Assembly: GCF_002075285.3 (NCBI RefSeq)
Contig: NZ_CP021983.2
Span: forward strand, 3,390,001 to 3,422,000
Direction: 5' to 3'
DNA from: Halomicronema hongdechloris C2206
Lineage (GTDB): Bacteria; Cyanobacteriota; Cyanobacteriia; Phormidesmidales; Phormidesmidaceae
DNA: 32,000 nucleotides
Of the stretch, positions 1-9,480 are shown piece after piece (positions within the stretch are counted from its first letter, which is position 1; each line of letters begins with the position of its first letter). The notes under the pieces were generated by a model. That model did not search any database and was not told the origin of the DNA. It saw nothing but the letters and a program-made list of their open reading frames with translations. A program made the position numbers and the translations under genes.

Positions 1-1220
1 TCCCGGTATTCATAGAGGAAAAGGCTACGGACCAACACATTGTAGTCGTCATCGCCCTGGACATCCTGTCGCGAGACGGCCTGTAGCAGAGAAGTCCATT
101 CCTCATCGCTGATTAGGCCCATGAGGCTGTCCCGTTCGGTGCGAATCACGGCCTCTAGAGTGGCCTGAGGAAAGGGAGGGTCTTGTTTGCGCAGGCACCC
201 GTCTAACAGTCGCACCAGGTTGCGCATGTGGCCGCCACTGACCTGACACAGGCGATTAAGGGTGTCGAGGCCATCGAAGACATCGGTAACTCGATCAATC
301 CGCTCATTCACATTCAGGTCCGGAAAGGCCCGTACCATTACCATCTGCTGCAGCAAGGCTAGGCCAGCTAAGTCTGTTTGGCCCTGGCGATTCTGTACCG
401 GCACCATGGGCAACACCAGGGGATTGATGCCAAACCGATTGGCCAACCGTACCAAGTCGTTGGAGAACATCAACTCCAGTGGAATGGTGTAGACCACGTG
501 GCAGGCCAACTGTTTCAGCTGCTCACCCCGATCCACAAACAAATATTCCGACTGCAGCCGTGCTCCCCGCGGGGTACTGTCGATGCGATCTAAGTTATCC
601 ATGATCACCACTAGTCCCTGTTGGGACCGTTGCTGCAGCCGCTCATTGGCAGGAATGAGCAGTTCGTCGTTGATGGCGTTGAGAATGCTGCGGGTACGGG
701 GTTCTAGGTACTGCCGCAACTGACTGCGCATGTCGGGACTTTGTTTGGCGGTGGCCGTGAGGTTGGCAATGCCCACGGAAAAACTCACCTCCGAGAGGTC
801 CATGGGGGTGCGCAAGGTGGTGGCAAGAGTCTGAAATAGGGATTGTAGGTAATTGGGCCGCAGCCCCAGACCCATGGTCTCTAGATGTTGGCTGGCATTG
901 CGGGCAATGCTAAGAAGAATGTCTGAAATTTCCACGTCGGCCATTTCCAGATCGCGATCCGACTCGAAATAAACGACCTGAAACCCCTGTTTCTCTAGAC
1001 TATTTCTCAGGCGAAAGAGTTCGGTGGATTTGCCACAGCCGATATGGCCGGTAAAAAGTTGAGTCGTGGGTCGATGGCGGGAAAGGCGAGCAATTTTCCG
1101 CTCCAATTCCTGGACGATGTCGCCGCCGCGAACGGTGGAGAAGTCGATGTAGTAGCGAGCGTCCCGCAGGGGCTGGGTGGGGTCGCAGGCTTCGTAGAAG
1201 CGGTTGAGGTCGAGGGCCAT
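1..1220 (-). CDS. P-loop NTPase (AAA/STAND-like ATPase); C-terminus runs off the left window edge
   Basis: Absent from the ORF track because no stop lies in the window. My translation from the ATG (complement of 1218-1220) reads MALDLNRFYEACDPTQPLRDARYYIDFSTVRGG...LFTGHIGCGKSTELFRL (Walker A, ~1023-1058)...GLVVIMDNLDRI (Walker B-like). I translated about 400 codons down to position 1 by eye without meeting a stop. Confidence 0.7.
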   Translation of the reverse strand, partial: MALDLNRFYEACDPTQPLRDARYYIDFSTVRGGDIVQELERKIARLSRHRPTTQLFTGHIGCGKSTELFRLRNSLEKQGFQVVYFESDRDLEMADVEISDILLSIARNASQHLETMGLGLRPNYLQSLFQTLATTLRTPMDLSEVSFSVGIANLTATAKQSPDMRSQLRQYLEPRTRSILNAINDELLIPANERLQQRSQQGLVVIMDNLDRIDSTPRGARLQSEYLFVDRGEQLKQLACHVVYTIPLELMFSNDLVRLANRFGINPLVLPMVPVQNRQGQTDLAGLALLQQMVMVRAFPDLNVNERIDRVTDVFDGLDTLNRLCQVSGGHMRNLVRLLDGCLRKQDPPFPQATLEAVIRTERDSLMGLISDEEWTSLLQAVSRQDVQGDDDYNVLVRSLFLYEYR

Positions 1221-1436
1221 GGGGGAGGAGGGGAATAGGGTTGGTGCTTACAGAGGCACTATTGATCTCCTAGGTGTGACCTGTGGTTAGAGCCTGCCCC
1301 ACTTTCCCATTGCCCCTGCTGCTATCAGGAAAAGGGTAGTTGTGGCGAAGATGAGGGGCAGGTGCAATGGTCGTTGGCTAAGCCGCCCCATAGGGGCTAG
1401 ACCAACCCTTGAAGGCCATCGCATCGGTTGTAATCC

Positions 1437-2600
1437 CTAAGGGACTAACACCTGTTTCAGCGCTTGCAGCAAGGTATCTACCTTCTCAGGATAACTATTG
1501 GCTCCCATCAGACCAATGCGCCAGACCTGACCGGCCAGATCACCCAAGCCGCCGCCAATCTCGATATTGTGCTCCAACAGCAATTGCTGAGCCACCGCCT
1601 TAGCCTCAACGCCATCGGGGACCCTCACCGTGGTCAGGGTCGGTAGGCGAAACTCCTGGGCCACATGGCAGCTGAGCCCCATGGCCTCCAGGCCAGCCCA
1701 CAGTTTCTCAGCCGTCTGCTGATGCCGTTGCCAACGCGCGTCCAGCCCCTCCTCTGCCAGCAGCCGCAGGGCTTCTCGCAGGGCATAGGTGAGATTAATC
1801 GGGGCAGTGTGATGATACACGCGCTCGCTCCCCCAATACTTGCGCAACAGGGTGGCATCTAAGTACCAATTGGCCACTGGGGTCTGTCGCTGCTCTAGTT
1901 TGGCCACGGCCCGGGAGCTCATGGTAAAAGGCGAGACCCCAGGGGGGCAGCTCAGCCCCTTTTGGCTACAGCTGTAGGCCAGATCCACCTGCCAGGCATC
2001 CAAGAAAATGGGCATTCCGCCCAGACTGGTCACCGTGTCTACCAGCAATAAGCAATCTCGCTGATGACACAGGTCGCCCACGCCCTCTAGGGGCTGTCGT
2101 ACCCCAGTCGACGTTTCAGCATGGACTAAGGCCAGCAGGTTAGGCCGGTGCTGATCTAAGGCCTTTTCCAGTTCCTGCAAGCTAAACGGCTGTCCCCAGG
2201 CCTGGGTAATGGTGCGCACCTCGGCCCCATAGCGCCTAGCCATATCCACTAAGCGATGGCCAAAGTAACCATTCACCCCGACTAAGACCACATCGCCCGG
2301 CTCGATGCCATTGGCCAGAGTTGCCTCCATGGCTGCCGAGCCCGTCCCTGGCACCGGATAGGTCATGGCATTATCCGTTTGCCAAGCATAGCGCAGCAGC
2401 TCCTGCACTTCGTCCATCAGGGTCAGATAGGCTGGATCCAAATGGCCAATGGGCTGTCGATTCATTGCTGCCACTACGGTGGCATCGGCATTGGATGGCC
2501 CTGGCCCCAGTAGCAGGCGCTCTGGCACCGCTAAGGGAGAGAGCTGGCAGCGGTGAGTATCTTGGATCCCAGGGTTAGGGACAGACAAGGTTGAAGTCAT
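1437..2600 (-). CDS. Class V PLP aminotransferase (serine-pyruvate/alanine-glyoxylate aminotransferase type)
   Basis: 398-aa ORF. SCSQKGLSCPPG matches the S-x-x-K PLP-lysine motif, with typical class V fold-type I blocks (GTGSAAMEA, HAETSTGV). ATG at 2600 (MTSTLSV) is preferred over the upstream start at 2633. Confidence 0.85.
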   Translation of the reverse strand: MTSTLSVPNPGIQDTHRCQLSPLAVPERLLLGPGPSNADATVVAAMNRQPIGHLDPAYLTLMDEVQELLRYAWQTDNAMTYPVPGTGSAAMEATLANGIEPGDVVLVGVNGYFGHRLVDMARRYGAEVRTITQAWGQPFSLQELEKALDQHRPNLLALVHAETSTGVRQPLEGVGDLCHQRDCLLLVDTVTSLGGMPIFLDAWQVDLAYSCSQKGLSCPPGVSPFTMSSRAVAKLEQRQTPVANWYLDATLLRKYWGSERVYHHTAPINLTYALREALRLLAEEGLDARWQRHQQTAEKLWAGLEAMGLSCHVAQEFRLPTLTTVRVPDGVEAKAVAQQLLLEHNIEIGGGLGDLAGQVWRIGLMGANSYPEKVDTLLQALKQVLVP

Positions 2601-2676
2601 GGCGCTAGTGATTGTGAACAGCACAATCCCCATTCTCTAATTTTCTGGGGCGATCCTCCCAGGCGCTGCTGAGAGA

Positions 2677-4095
2677 TTAGGGATTACCCAGGGTAGGCGC
2701 TTCTGTAAATGGCACGGCTAGGCTGGGCAGCCACACAATGAAAGCCGTCCCAGGTCCCAGGTTCTTGGAGTTAGGTGGGGTCGGCAGCTCAATGCCACTA
2801 TGGCTTAAGGGACTATACACATCAATGCAGCCACCTAGTTGCTGAATCAGATCATGGGCAATGGCTAACCCCAAACCCGTTCCAGGCACCTGACCTTGAT
2901 TCTGTACTCCCCGATAGCGCCGTTCAAAGATATGGGCCTGATCCTGGGCCGGAATGCCCGGCCCTCGATCCGCCACCAAGACTCCTTGCATGGGGGAATC
3001 GGCATCTCGAAAGAGACCGGCTTGCACCCAGACTACGCCGTCTTTGGGGGAATATTTCACGGCATTGTCCATGAGGTTACTAAACACCTCTTGTAAGGCC
3101 CGTCCGTCTCCCCACACTGGCGGCAGCCCATCGGGGATTTCCCAGTGAAAATCAATCTGCTGCTCTTGAGCCATGGCTGCCGCCGACGTCACCAACGGTG
3201 TCAACACAGATGCTATCTGACAAGGCTGGGGCGACACCCTGACTACTGAGACATTGGCTGGCGGTAGTGCCTTAGCCTGACCAGCCGAAAAGGAGGTCTC
3301 CTCGCCAGCAGAGAGTGACGCCCTGTCTAGGGTCGCATCTCCATCTCTGACCGTCCCCTCCAGTTGAGTGAGTAGATCGCGGATGCGATCGCTTTCGCGA
3401 ACAATCCCGGTGATCACCGACTGGTTGGCATCGTCTGATTGTAAGCGCCTTAGCAGCAGTTTGCCGAAGGTGCGTAGGGCCGTCAGGGGATTGCGCAGCT
3501 GATGAAGTAAATCGTGGAAGGTCTCAGATTGCTGTTGCTGCAGAGACTGTCTCTGCTGCAGCTGTTGCTGCAACCATTGTCCCCGCTGATCCAATACCCT
3601 TGCCAAGGCTAGGGTTTGGGCCACTCCTTCTAACTGTTGACGCTCCTCTGGCTGCCAAGCCGAACGCTGCCGGACACTAACCAATAAACCGACCACATGG
3701 TCGTCATGAACCATGGGTAAAACCACCTGATGGTCGGCAGCATGATGTTCTTGCTCCACTCGGTTTACGGGCTTGACCTGCCCTGGGTAATCCTCTGGCA
3801 GGGGCTCTGATGATGACGCTGGCAGCGCAGACGTGGGCTTTTTCAGGGAAAATTTCTGGTCTAAGGATAACGTGGATAGCTCCGGCAACTGCCCCGCCTC
3901 CAGAGGCCTATCCCAGTACAGATCATGCCAATCCCCTGGCAAATCAGGATAGGCCACCACAGGCACCAACCCCGGGTTATCGTGATCGACCCACTGTTCT
4001 GCCAGGTACACTACCGTCGACGTTGCCCCGAAACTTTGGGTCAGCAGCAGTACCTGTGATTGACACAGCGCGATAAATTCTGAGCTAGTCGGCAT
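2677..4095 (-). CDS. hik2: Soluble GAF-domain sensor histidine kinase, Hik2 / chloroplast-sensor-kinase type
   Basis: H-box HQLRNPLTALRTFGKLL, N box NLMDNAVKYSP, G boxes DRGPGI and GTGLGLAI, no TM segments. The N-terminus FIALCQSQVLLLTQSFGATSTVVYL resembles my recollection of Synechocystis Hik2. ATG at 4095 is preferred over TTG at 4131. Confidence 0.7.
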   Translation of the reverse strand: MPTSSEFIALCQSQVLLLTQSFGATSTVVYLAEQWVDHDNPGLVPVVAYPDLPGDWHDLYWDRPLEAGQLPELSTLSLDQKFSLKKPTSALPASSSEPLPEDYPGQVKPVNRVEQEHHAADHQVVLPMVHDDHVVGLLVSVRQRSAWQPEERQQLEGVAQTLALARVLDQRGQWLQQQLQQRQSLQQQQSETFHDLLHQLRNPLTALRTFGKLLLRRLQSDDANQSVITGIVRESDRIRDLLTQLEGTVRDGDATLDRASLSAGEETSFSAGQAKALPPANVSVVRVSPQPCQIASVLTPLVTSAAAMAQEQQIDFHWEIPDGLPPVWGDGRALQEVFSNLMDNAVKYSPKDGVVWVQAGLFRDADSPMQGVLVADRGPGIPAQDQAHIFERRYRGVQNQGQVPGTGLGLAIAHDLIQQLGGCIDVYSPLSHSGIELPTPPNSKNLGPGTAFIVWLPSLAVPFTEAPTLGNP

Positions 4096-4248
4096 TCCTA
4101 TCACGACGATCGTCGTAGCCTTGAATCGCAACCAAGATTAAACTTTTGTCAATTTTTTTACAGTTATTCGTTGAGATTAATCCGGCCAAAGCCAGAGAAT
4201 CTACCGGCAAGAGGGCATCTTAGGATACCAAGTAAATTTTAAGAGAAG

Positions 4249-4277
4249 TTGAAAATCTGATTTTGACCCGATATACT
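4249..4277 (+). promoter_or_regulatory. Sigma70-type promoter candidate, TTGAAA-N17-TATACT
   Basis: TTGAAA at 4249-4254 and TATACT at 4272-4277 with an exact 17-nt spacer, ~68 nt upstream of the TTG start at 4345. Confidence 0.45.
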
Positions 4278-4344
4278 TTGCTGGGTTCATAAATTTTGTA
4301 ACCACCACTACACCTGCATCAGTTGACGAGAGGAGGTAGGCGGT

Positions 4345-4665
4345 TTGGCAAGGAGACGTAAGCGTAAGAGTCGCCGTCGTTTGGAAGGGCGCCGGATTTT
4401 GGAGTGTGTCCCTCAATATAGTATCGAGAGTGGTGCCGAGAAACCGGTTACCGCTGCTCGAAATTTTATTCACTCAGAGGGGATTGCGCCACCGGCACTC
4501 TTGCTGGTGAAACGCAATGAGCACACTACAGACCGGTATTTTTGGGCTGAGAAGGGGCTATTTGGGGCCCAGTATGTGGAGGAAAACCATTTCCTCTTTC
4601 CTAGTCTACGCCTACTTATGGGTGAAGACGAGGAAGTCGCTGGCCTGAGTTCTGTTACCCGATAG
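4345..4665 (+). CDS. Small conserved cyanobacterial protein with a poly-basic N-terminus (possibly DUF3155 family)
   Basis: 106-aa ORF with a TTG start preceded by AGGAGG (4331-4336). N-terminus MARRRKRKSRRRLEGRR, then NEHTTDRYFWAEKGLFGAQYVEENHFLFPSLR. The family name is from memory only. Confidence 0.6.
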   Translation: MARRRKRKSRRRLEGRRILECVPQYSIESGAEKPVTAARNFIHSEGIAPPALLLVKRNEHTTDRYFWAEKGLFGAQYVEENHFLFPSLRLLMGEDEEVAGLSSVTR

Positions 4666-4831
4666 ACAGCAGACCTATTGCCTGAGAGTCGTCTGGATCG
4701 GCGCCCTTTCATTGGCGCCCTGCATGATTGCAAGAGCCATGGTCTATTTATGGGGGCTATGGCTCTCTCTTGTGGCCAGAAAAAAACCGATGGCATAGAA
4801 CAATCGGCTCTAGAAAGCTCCAAGTTCAAGA

Positions 4832-5365
4832 TCAGGGCTCGCTGGCTTCCCACTGATGCATAGGAACAGCCTGTCTCAGGGCGATCAATTCGTCGCGGTG
4901 GGCTGTAACTGTGACCTGGCTCTTGGCCTCTGGCCCATCGGCCGCTTTTATCTGTAGGGTCACTTGTTCGGGTCGAGCTGCTCGGGTCCAGTAAAAGCGG
5001 CCTGCTGCTGGAGCCAATAGGAGTAGCCCAATGAACCAGCTCTTATAATCGGGAAAGAGTGTAGCCAGCACCAGGGCGAAGCACAGGGCGCCAATGGCCG
5101 CCAAGGCGGACAGAAAGATGGCCAGAAAAAGACTAGGCCGCACGAATCCTCTGAAGGTGAGTTGCCCTTGCTCCTCGACAACAACTCGATAGGCCCGATG
5201 CTCTAAGTGCTCTCTAATCTGCTGCAGGATGGCTTCAGGGCTGACGGCGGCAAATCCCTGCCACCTTTCTGTGCGATCTTTGGTGGAGGCCCGGATAAAG
5301 AAGGTCAACCCCACCATTAGCAATAGGGTAAGTAGGAAGGTAGATGATAAGACCGGAGTAGTCAC
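4832..5365 (-). CDS. Integral membrane protein, possibly CCB1/DUF3529 (cofactor assembly of complex C) family
   Basis: 177-aa ORF with a GTG start. Hydrophobic N-terminal helix followed by FFIRASTKDRTE, plus two further TM stretches. The family call is tentative. Confidence 0.55.
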   Translation of the reverse strand: MTTPVLSSTFLLTLLLMVGLTFFIRASTKDRTERWQGFAAVSPEAILQQIREHLEHRAYRVVVEEQGQLTFRGFVRPSLFLAIFLSALAAIGALCFALVLATLFPDYKSWFIGLLLLAPAAGRFYWTRAARPEQVTLQIKAADGPEAKSQVTVTAHRDELIALRQAVPMHQWEASEP

Positions 5366-5424
5366 AGGTTAGCTGAATCTAGAAAGTGTCTTCCAATGTT
5401 ACAGCGTTGCCTAGGAGACTGCAG

Positions 5425-5452
5425 CGCCAGTCTGTCGACGCCAGTCTGTCGA
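5425..5452. repeat. Perfect tandem duplication of a 14-nt unit, CGCCAGTCTGTCGA x2
   Basis: Read directly: 5425-5438 equals 5439-5452. Each copy helps form a GTCGAC palindrome. It lies ~60 nt upstream of the 4832..5365 gene. Confidence 0.9.
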
Positions 5453-5777
5453 CAGTATTTGATAGTAGGGAGATAGGGGCGTTGGAGAGCAAATTGGTCG
5501 ACCAACTGGCAATATCTTTGCAGCCTTACTGCGCTAGTCGATAGAGGCACTATTGCTGCTGTGGAGTACTCGGGCGCACTTTGGTCTACACCCTGGCTTA
5601 GGGCTGCATGGCTTCATTTTTTGAATTGTAGTCTGACTCGACTCACCTGGTGATCCAGCGTTGTCGCCAGAGTCTTATTGGAGAATCATAGCCCCATGGC
5701 GACCCCTAGGCCATGCCGTTAGTTGGCTTGTTAGTTGCCTTTCGTTAGCGCTATGGTCAGGGGCGTTGAAGAGGCCG

Positions 5778-6164
5778 TTAAGAGGAGGTGGCCACTCGAC
5801 TATGTTCGTACTGGGTAGTACTCAGCCGTTCTTTCATGTATTGGTGCCAGAGTTCAGCCAGTTCCTCTGCCCGCATGCGCCAATCAGGGTTGAGACGGTA
5901 CATGCGGCGAGGGCGTCCCCGCCCCTCTACTTTCTTCCAGTAGCCGTTAATGGCTTGCTCATCCTCAAGGAATTTTAGGGCACTATACAGCACGGTGTCA
6001 GACAGACGATAATCAGAGTATTTTTGCCCTAGCAGTTGAATCAATTCGGTGCCATAGGAATCTCGCTGCAGCAGCACGGCCAACACATAGCAGACGGCTA
6101 GTTCCTTGTTGAGATAAATAGGCGGTGGGTCTGCAAAAAATTGATAAATGTCTTCGAACTTCAT
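5778..6164 (-). CDS. PadR-family transcriptional regulator
   Basis: 128 aa. Winged-helix block RDSYGTELIQLL...LSDTVLYSALKFLEDEQAINGYWKKVEGRGRPRRMYRLNP is typical of PadR. Confidence 0.85.
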   Translation of the reverse strand: MKFEDIYQFFADPPPIYLNKELAVCYVLAVLLQRDSYGTELIQLLGQKYSDYRLSDTVLYSALKFLEDEQAINGYWKKVEGRGRPRRMYRLNPDWRMRAEELAELWHQYMKERLSTTQYEHSRVATSS

Positions 6165-7129
6165 GATTTTATCCCAAATTCAAATGCGCTGATCCCGCAA
6201 TGTAAATAGGATTCACTCTGAGCAGCGATATCCTTAGCAAGAGTGCTTGGGCAATATCGATAGGCGGGGATAAGCTGAGAGGTAAGTGTTATGGAACCCG
6301 TGGTCAGAGACCGATGCTAAAAAGACCCCGTCGCAGCCAAATTAGATAGTTTACCGGGGAGAGCAATTGCCTCGAGTCAGGATGGGGATCAATAGCTGCG
6401 ACCCTAACAGATTGGCATCAAGTATTCTTTTGTTCACGTTGGTATAGGGCCTAAGAGGACATTTGAAAACTCAGTTGAAAGCCCTGCAGGGTAAGCGTCT
6501 TAGAGCATATGACTCTGTTGGCCAGAATCCAGTCTGGAGCAAGGTTGCAGGGTACTTTCCAAATATCCTCTAAACCTGGTTTGATAGTCCCTGACCAGGG
6601 ATAGTTTTATCGCTCTTGTCGACCTCAAGAACGACAGTGCGCAAACTAATACACGTAACTGTGAGAGACACTTTAATAATCCATTGCGACATCCCAAACT
6701 CAGCTAGGGAATTGGAGTTTATCCTCGCATCAGGGGCAGGCCTAGATTTGACTGAGGGTTAGAGCTACCAATTAACGAGTAATCTCCTTATTCCAAGGGA
6801 TTTCAAGCGTTAGCGCCATAGAATCATGGACTTGTCACTGAATCCAAGAATGTAGGTCAATTCTAATCACTGAGGTTTCCATTAGTGACAAACAGCTCGG
6901 ATTTGGTAACTATCTGCAAATTTTTTTAGAGATTATTAAATTTTCGCCGCCAAAGAGAATTATCGTGGCAGGTCATCTTGCTGGCACCAGTGGCAGGTGG
7001 TTCCTGATTTGGTGCCAGTTGTAGAGATGGCGACACGAATGATAGCAAGTGATTAATTTTCTTAAAGAACTGGGTACATGCCTGTTAACAATGGCGCCAG
7101 GTTGCACCTGATTGCGATGGGTTGGCTAG

Positions 7130-8518
7130 CTAGGGCGTATCTGGCTCGGGACGGCTCGTTTCTGGTGTGTCAGGGGTAGGAGGACGAGTTTGGAGGATAA
7201 TGTCACCGTCACGGATGGCCTGTAGTTCTATGTGGATGGGGCCTACGGTATATATGGGCTCAGATGCGATCGCACGCAGCTCTACCGTGTCCCCAAGCTG
7301 CTGAACATTGGTTAAAAACCTCACGACAGCTTCAGTACGATTGTCGGCAACCCGGGGCTGATCGCCCACCACACCGTCCTGGCGAGCCCTGAACTGGGCG
7401 GCGGCCAACAGGAGATTGAAGCGCTCTAGCAATCGTTGATTGGTCAATTCGGAGGCCTCAACCACCGTAGAGGCTAACCGCTCACCCGGCTGGTAAATGA
7501 TGCGATTACGCGTGACATCGGAGAATACCTGAATACAGGGCTCCTCCCCCTGGATGACGCAAGGCTCTCCAGTGACATAATTGGCGGCTGATAGAATCCG
7601 GACCAAATATTCCTCGCCATCATCTAGGCGGTCGATGATCTGCTCCACCTCGCGACTGGAGATCAAGATCACCTGGCGATCAGGGCCACTGCCGGGGGCA
7701 ATGCGCTGCAGTGCCACTCGATTGGCTTGGAAAAGTAATTGATTAACGGCTTGGGTCGCCTGGGGGGTTGAATCTAGGCGAAACACGGCCGATGCCAACT
7801 CTTCGTTGCGGGCCAGGGCAATGTTGCCGCGAAAGAGGCCCTGATATTGCCGCTCCAGCTGCTCGACTTCCCGATCCAAAAAAGCCCGTTGGGCCTCCAA
7901 CTCTTCTAAACGAGCTTCTAAGCGGGCGATATCGGCTTCTGCGGCCCGCCGTTCACTCACGGCGGCATCACGTTCGGCCACAGCGGCATTTCGTTCGCTT
8001 AGAAGAGACTGCCGCTCTTGTCGCAACTGCACGATTTCACGTCGCAGGGTCTGGGCCTGCTGCGACACGGCCTCTAACTGCTGCCGGGTTCGCTGCAACT
8101 GCTGGCGGGCCTGCTGCCGTTGCGCCAACGCCGTCTCCAAAGACTGGTTAATCTGCTGTAGCTGTTGCCGGGCTTCGGAGCGTTGTTCTATGGACTCCTC
8201 CAGTTCGGCCTCGACGGTTTCTCGGGCGTCGCGGGCTTGAGATAGGTCCTGTTCTGCCTGTTGTAGCGCCTCTTGAATTTCCTGGAGTTCGAAGACTCCA
8301 GTCCGTAACTGGCTACTCACGCCGAATAACAGGGCTAAGGTCGAAGCTGAAATCACGCCGCCGGTGAGAATGCTGACAAGGGTGGCGGTCTGTCGAGGCC
8401 GCAGATTGAACAAGCTCAGGCGAGCCTTACCGATCCGCATGCCGATGCGATCGCCAACTGTTGCAATCACCCCGCTCAACAGTAAAACAGCCGCAATTAA
8501 GACGTATCCCGAGATCAT
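7130..8518 (-). CDS. DUF3084-type membrane-anchored coiled-coil protein
   Basis: 462 aa. N-terminal TM region VGDRIGMRIGKARLSLFNLRPRQTATLVSILTGGVISA, then ~200 aa of Q/E/R/A-rich heptad-like coiled coil, then a globular C-terminus. Confidence 0.75.
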   Translation of the reverse strand: MISGYVLIAAVLLLSGVIATVGDRIGMRIGKARLSLFNLRPRQTATLVSILTGGVISASTLALLFGVSSQLRTGVFELQEIQEALQQAEQDLSQARDARETVEAELEESIEQRSEARQQLQQINQSLETALAQRQQARQQLQRTRQQLEAVSQQAQTLRREIVQLRQERQSLLSERNAAVAERDAAVSERRAAEADIARLEARLEELEAQRAFLDREVEQLERQYQGLFRGNIALARNEELASAVFRLDSTPQATQAVNQLLFQANRVALQRIAPGSGPDRQVILISSREVEQIIDRLDDGEEYLVRILSAANYVTGEPCVIQGEEPCIQVFSDVTRNRIIYQPGERLASTVVEASELTNQRLLERFNLLLAAAQFRARQDGVVGDQPRVADNRTEAVVRFLTNVQQLGDTVELRAIASEPIYTVGPIHIELQAIRDGDIILQTRPPTPDTPETSRPEPDTP

Positions 8519-8566
8519 GCAACAGCGACGTGCAGTTCAGATACACTCTACTGCATGTTACAGACC

Positions 8567-9238
8567 CTAGGTGAACTGCTGGCTGAGGTTTACAGGGTCG
8601 TGCACTGTGATTTTTTTCTTGTGAATTGAAATCATGCCTTCCTGCCTCAGATCTCCCAACAGACGGGTGACGGTTACCCGGGTGGAGCCAATTGCTTCGG
8701 CAATAGCCTGATGGGATAGCTTTAGATCGACCGTGATGCCATCTTGGCTGGGCAGGCCAAAATCACGACAGAGAATCAGGAGAAAGCTGACCAAGCGCGA
8801 GCCCATATCCCGATGGGCTAGGGTCTCGATCATCATCTCTGTCTGCAGAATGCGAGACGACAGTCCCCGTAGCATCAGCATGGCTAACTCGGGATGCTCC
8901 TCTAGGGCCTGTTCGACTTGCTCGATAGGCACAGACATCAACTCTACGGGGGTAAAGGCAACCGCGTGATAGAACCGATCGGAGCGATGCCCGGTAATTA
9001 AAGACAGCACCCCGAAGACGCTATTCTCCCGCAATAGCGCTACTGTGATTTCTTCACCGGCCTCATAGACCCGCGAGAGCTTCACAGCTCCCTTCATTAG
9101 GAAGTAGACGCGCTCAGCCGGGTCGCCTGGGAAAAAGATTGTTTTGCCTCGATCGAAGGTTTCGACCACTGGAGGGAACGCGCCTCCAGAGAGTTGGCGA
9201 AAAACGTCAGCGAGGGGCTTATCCTGTGTCACGACCAT
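8567..9238 (-). CDS. ntcA: Global nitrogen regulator NtcA (CRP/FNR family)
   Basis: Near-identical by recollection to known NtcA along its whole length: [14 protein letters not shown]...[10 protein letters not shown]...[42 protein letters not shown]...[12 protein letters not shown]...[14 protein letters not shown] at 9238. Confidence 0.97.
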   Translation of the reverse strand: MVVTQDKPLADVFRQLSGGAFPPVVETFDRGKTIFFPGDPAERVYFLMKGAVKLSRVYEAGEEITVALLRENSVFGVLSLITGHRSDRFYHAVAFTPVELMSVPIEQVEQALEEHPELAMLMLRGLSSRILQTEMMIETLAHRDMGSRLVSFLLILCRDFGLPSQDGITVDLKLSHQAIAEAIGSTRVTVTRLLGDLRQEGMISIHKKKITVHDPVNLSQQFT

Positions 9239-9466
9239 CACAACTGCACTACACCATGGTAAGAGAGGGCTGAGACGTCTTACCGAAGCCTCAAGTCTAC
9301 CAACGCGCCAGCCGATCCATTTATATAGAGGCCAGATTCACCAGACTCAGTGGTTTAAATCATCCGTCTGACCCCACGGGTCCTGATAGAAAGGGTCCCT
9401 TGAATCTAGTAATGCAAGCGTTCTCTGACTTTAGAACACTTAACCTTACCTATTCATCGGTTTTTT

Positions 9467-9480
9467 GTATAAGAAACTAC
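9467..9480. promoter_or_regulatory. Canonical NtcA-box sequence, GTA-N8-TAC
   Basis: GTATAAGAAACTAC read directly, ~230 nt upstream of ntcA and ~380 nt upstream of the thrC-like gene. No well-spaced TAN3T -10 box in either direction; the best is TAAGGT at an 18-nt spacing toward ntcA. Confidence 0.45.

Noticed and set aside
6500-6697. 65-aa minus-strand ORF in the long spacer
   Set aside because: It has an Arg/Leu/Cys-rich low-complexity composition, no SD and no recognisable motif. It is probably a chance ORF.
6165-7129. RNase P RNA, tmRNA, SRP RNA or a tRNA in the long spacer
   Set aside because: None of the conserved cores I know are present: GGAAAGTCCGGGCTCC for rnpB, the GGGGCTG...tRNA-like end for ssrA, or GTTCGAATC T-loops.
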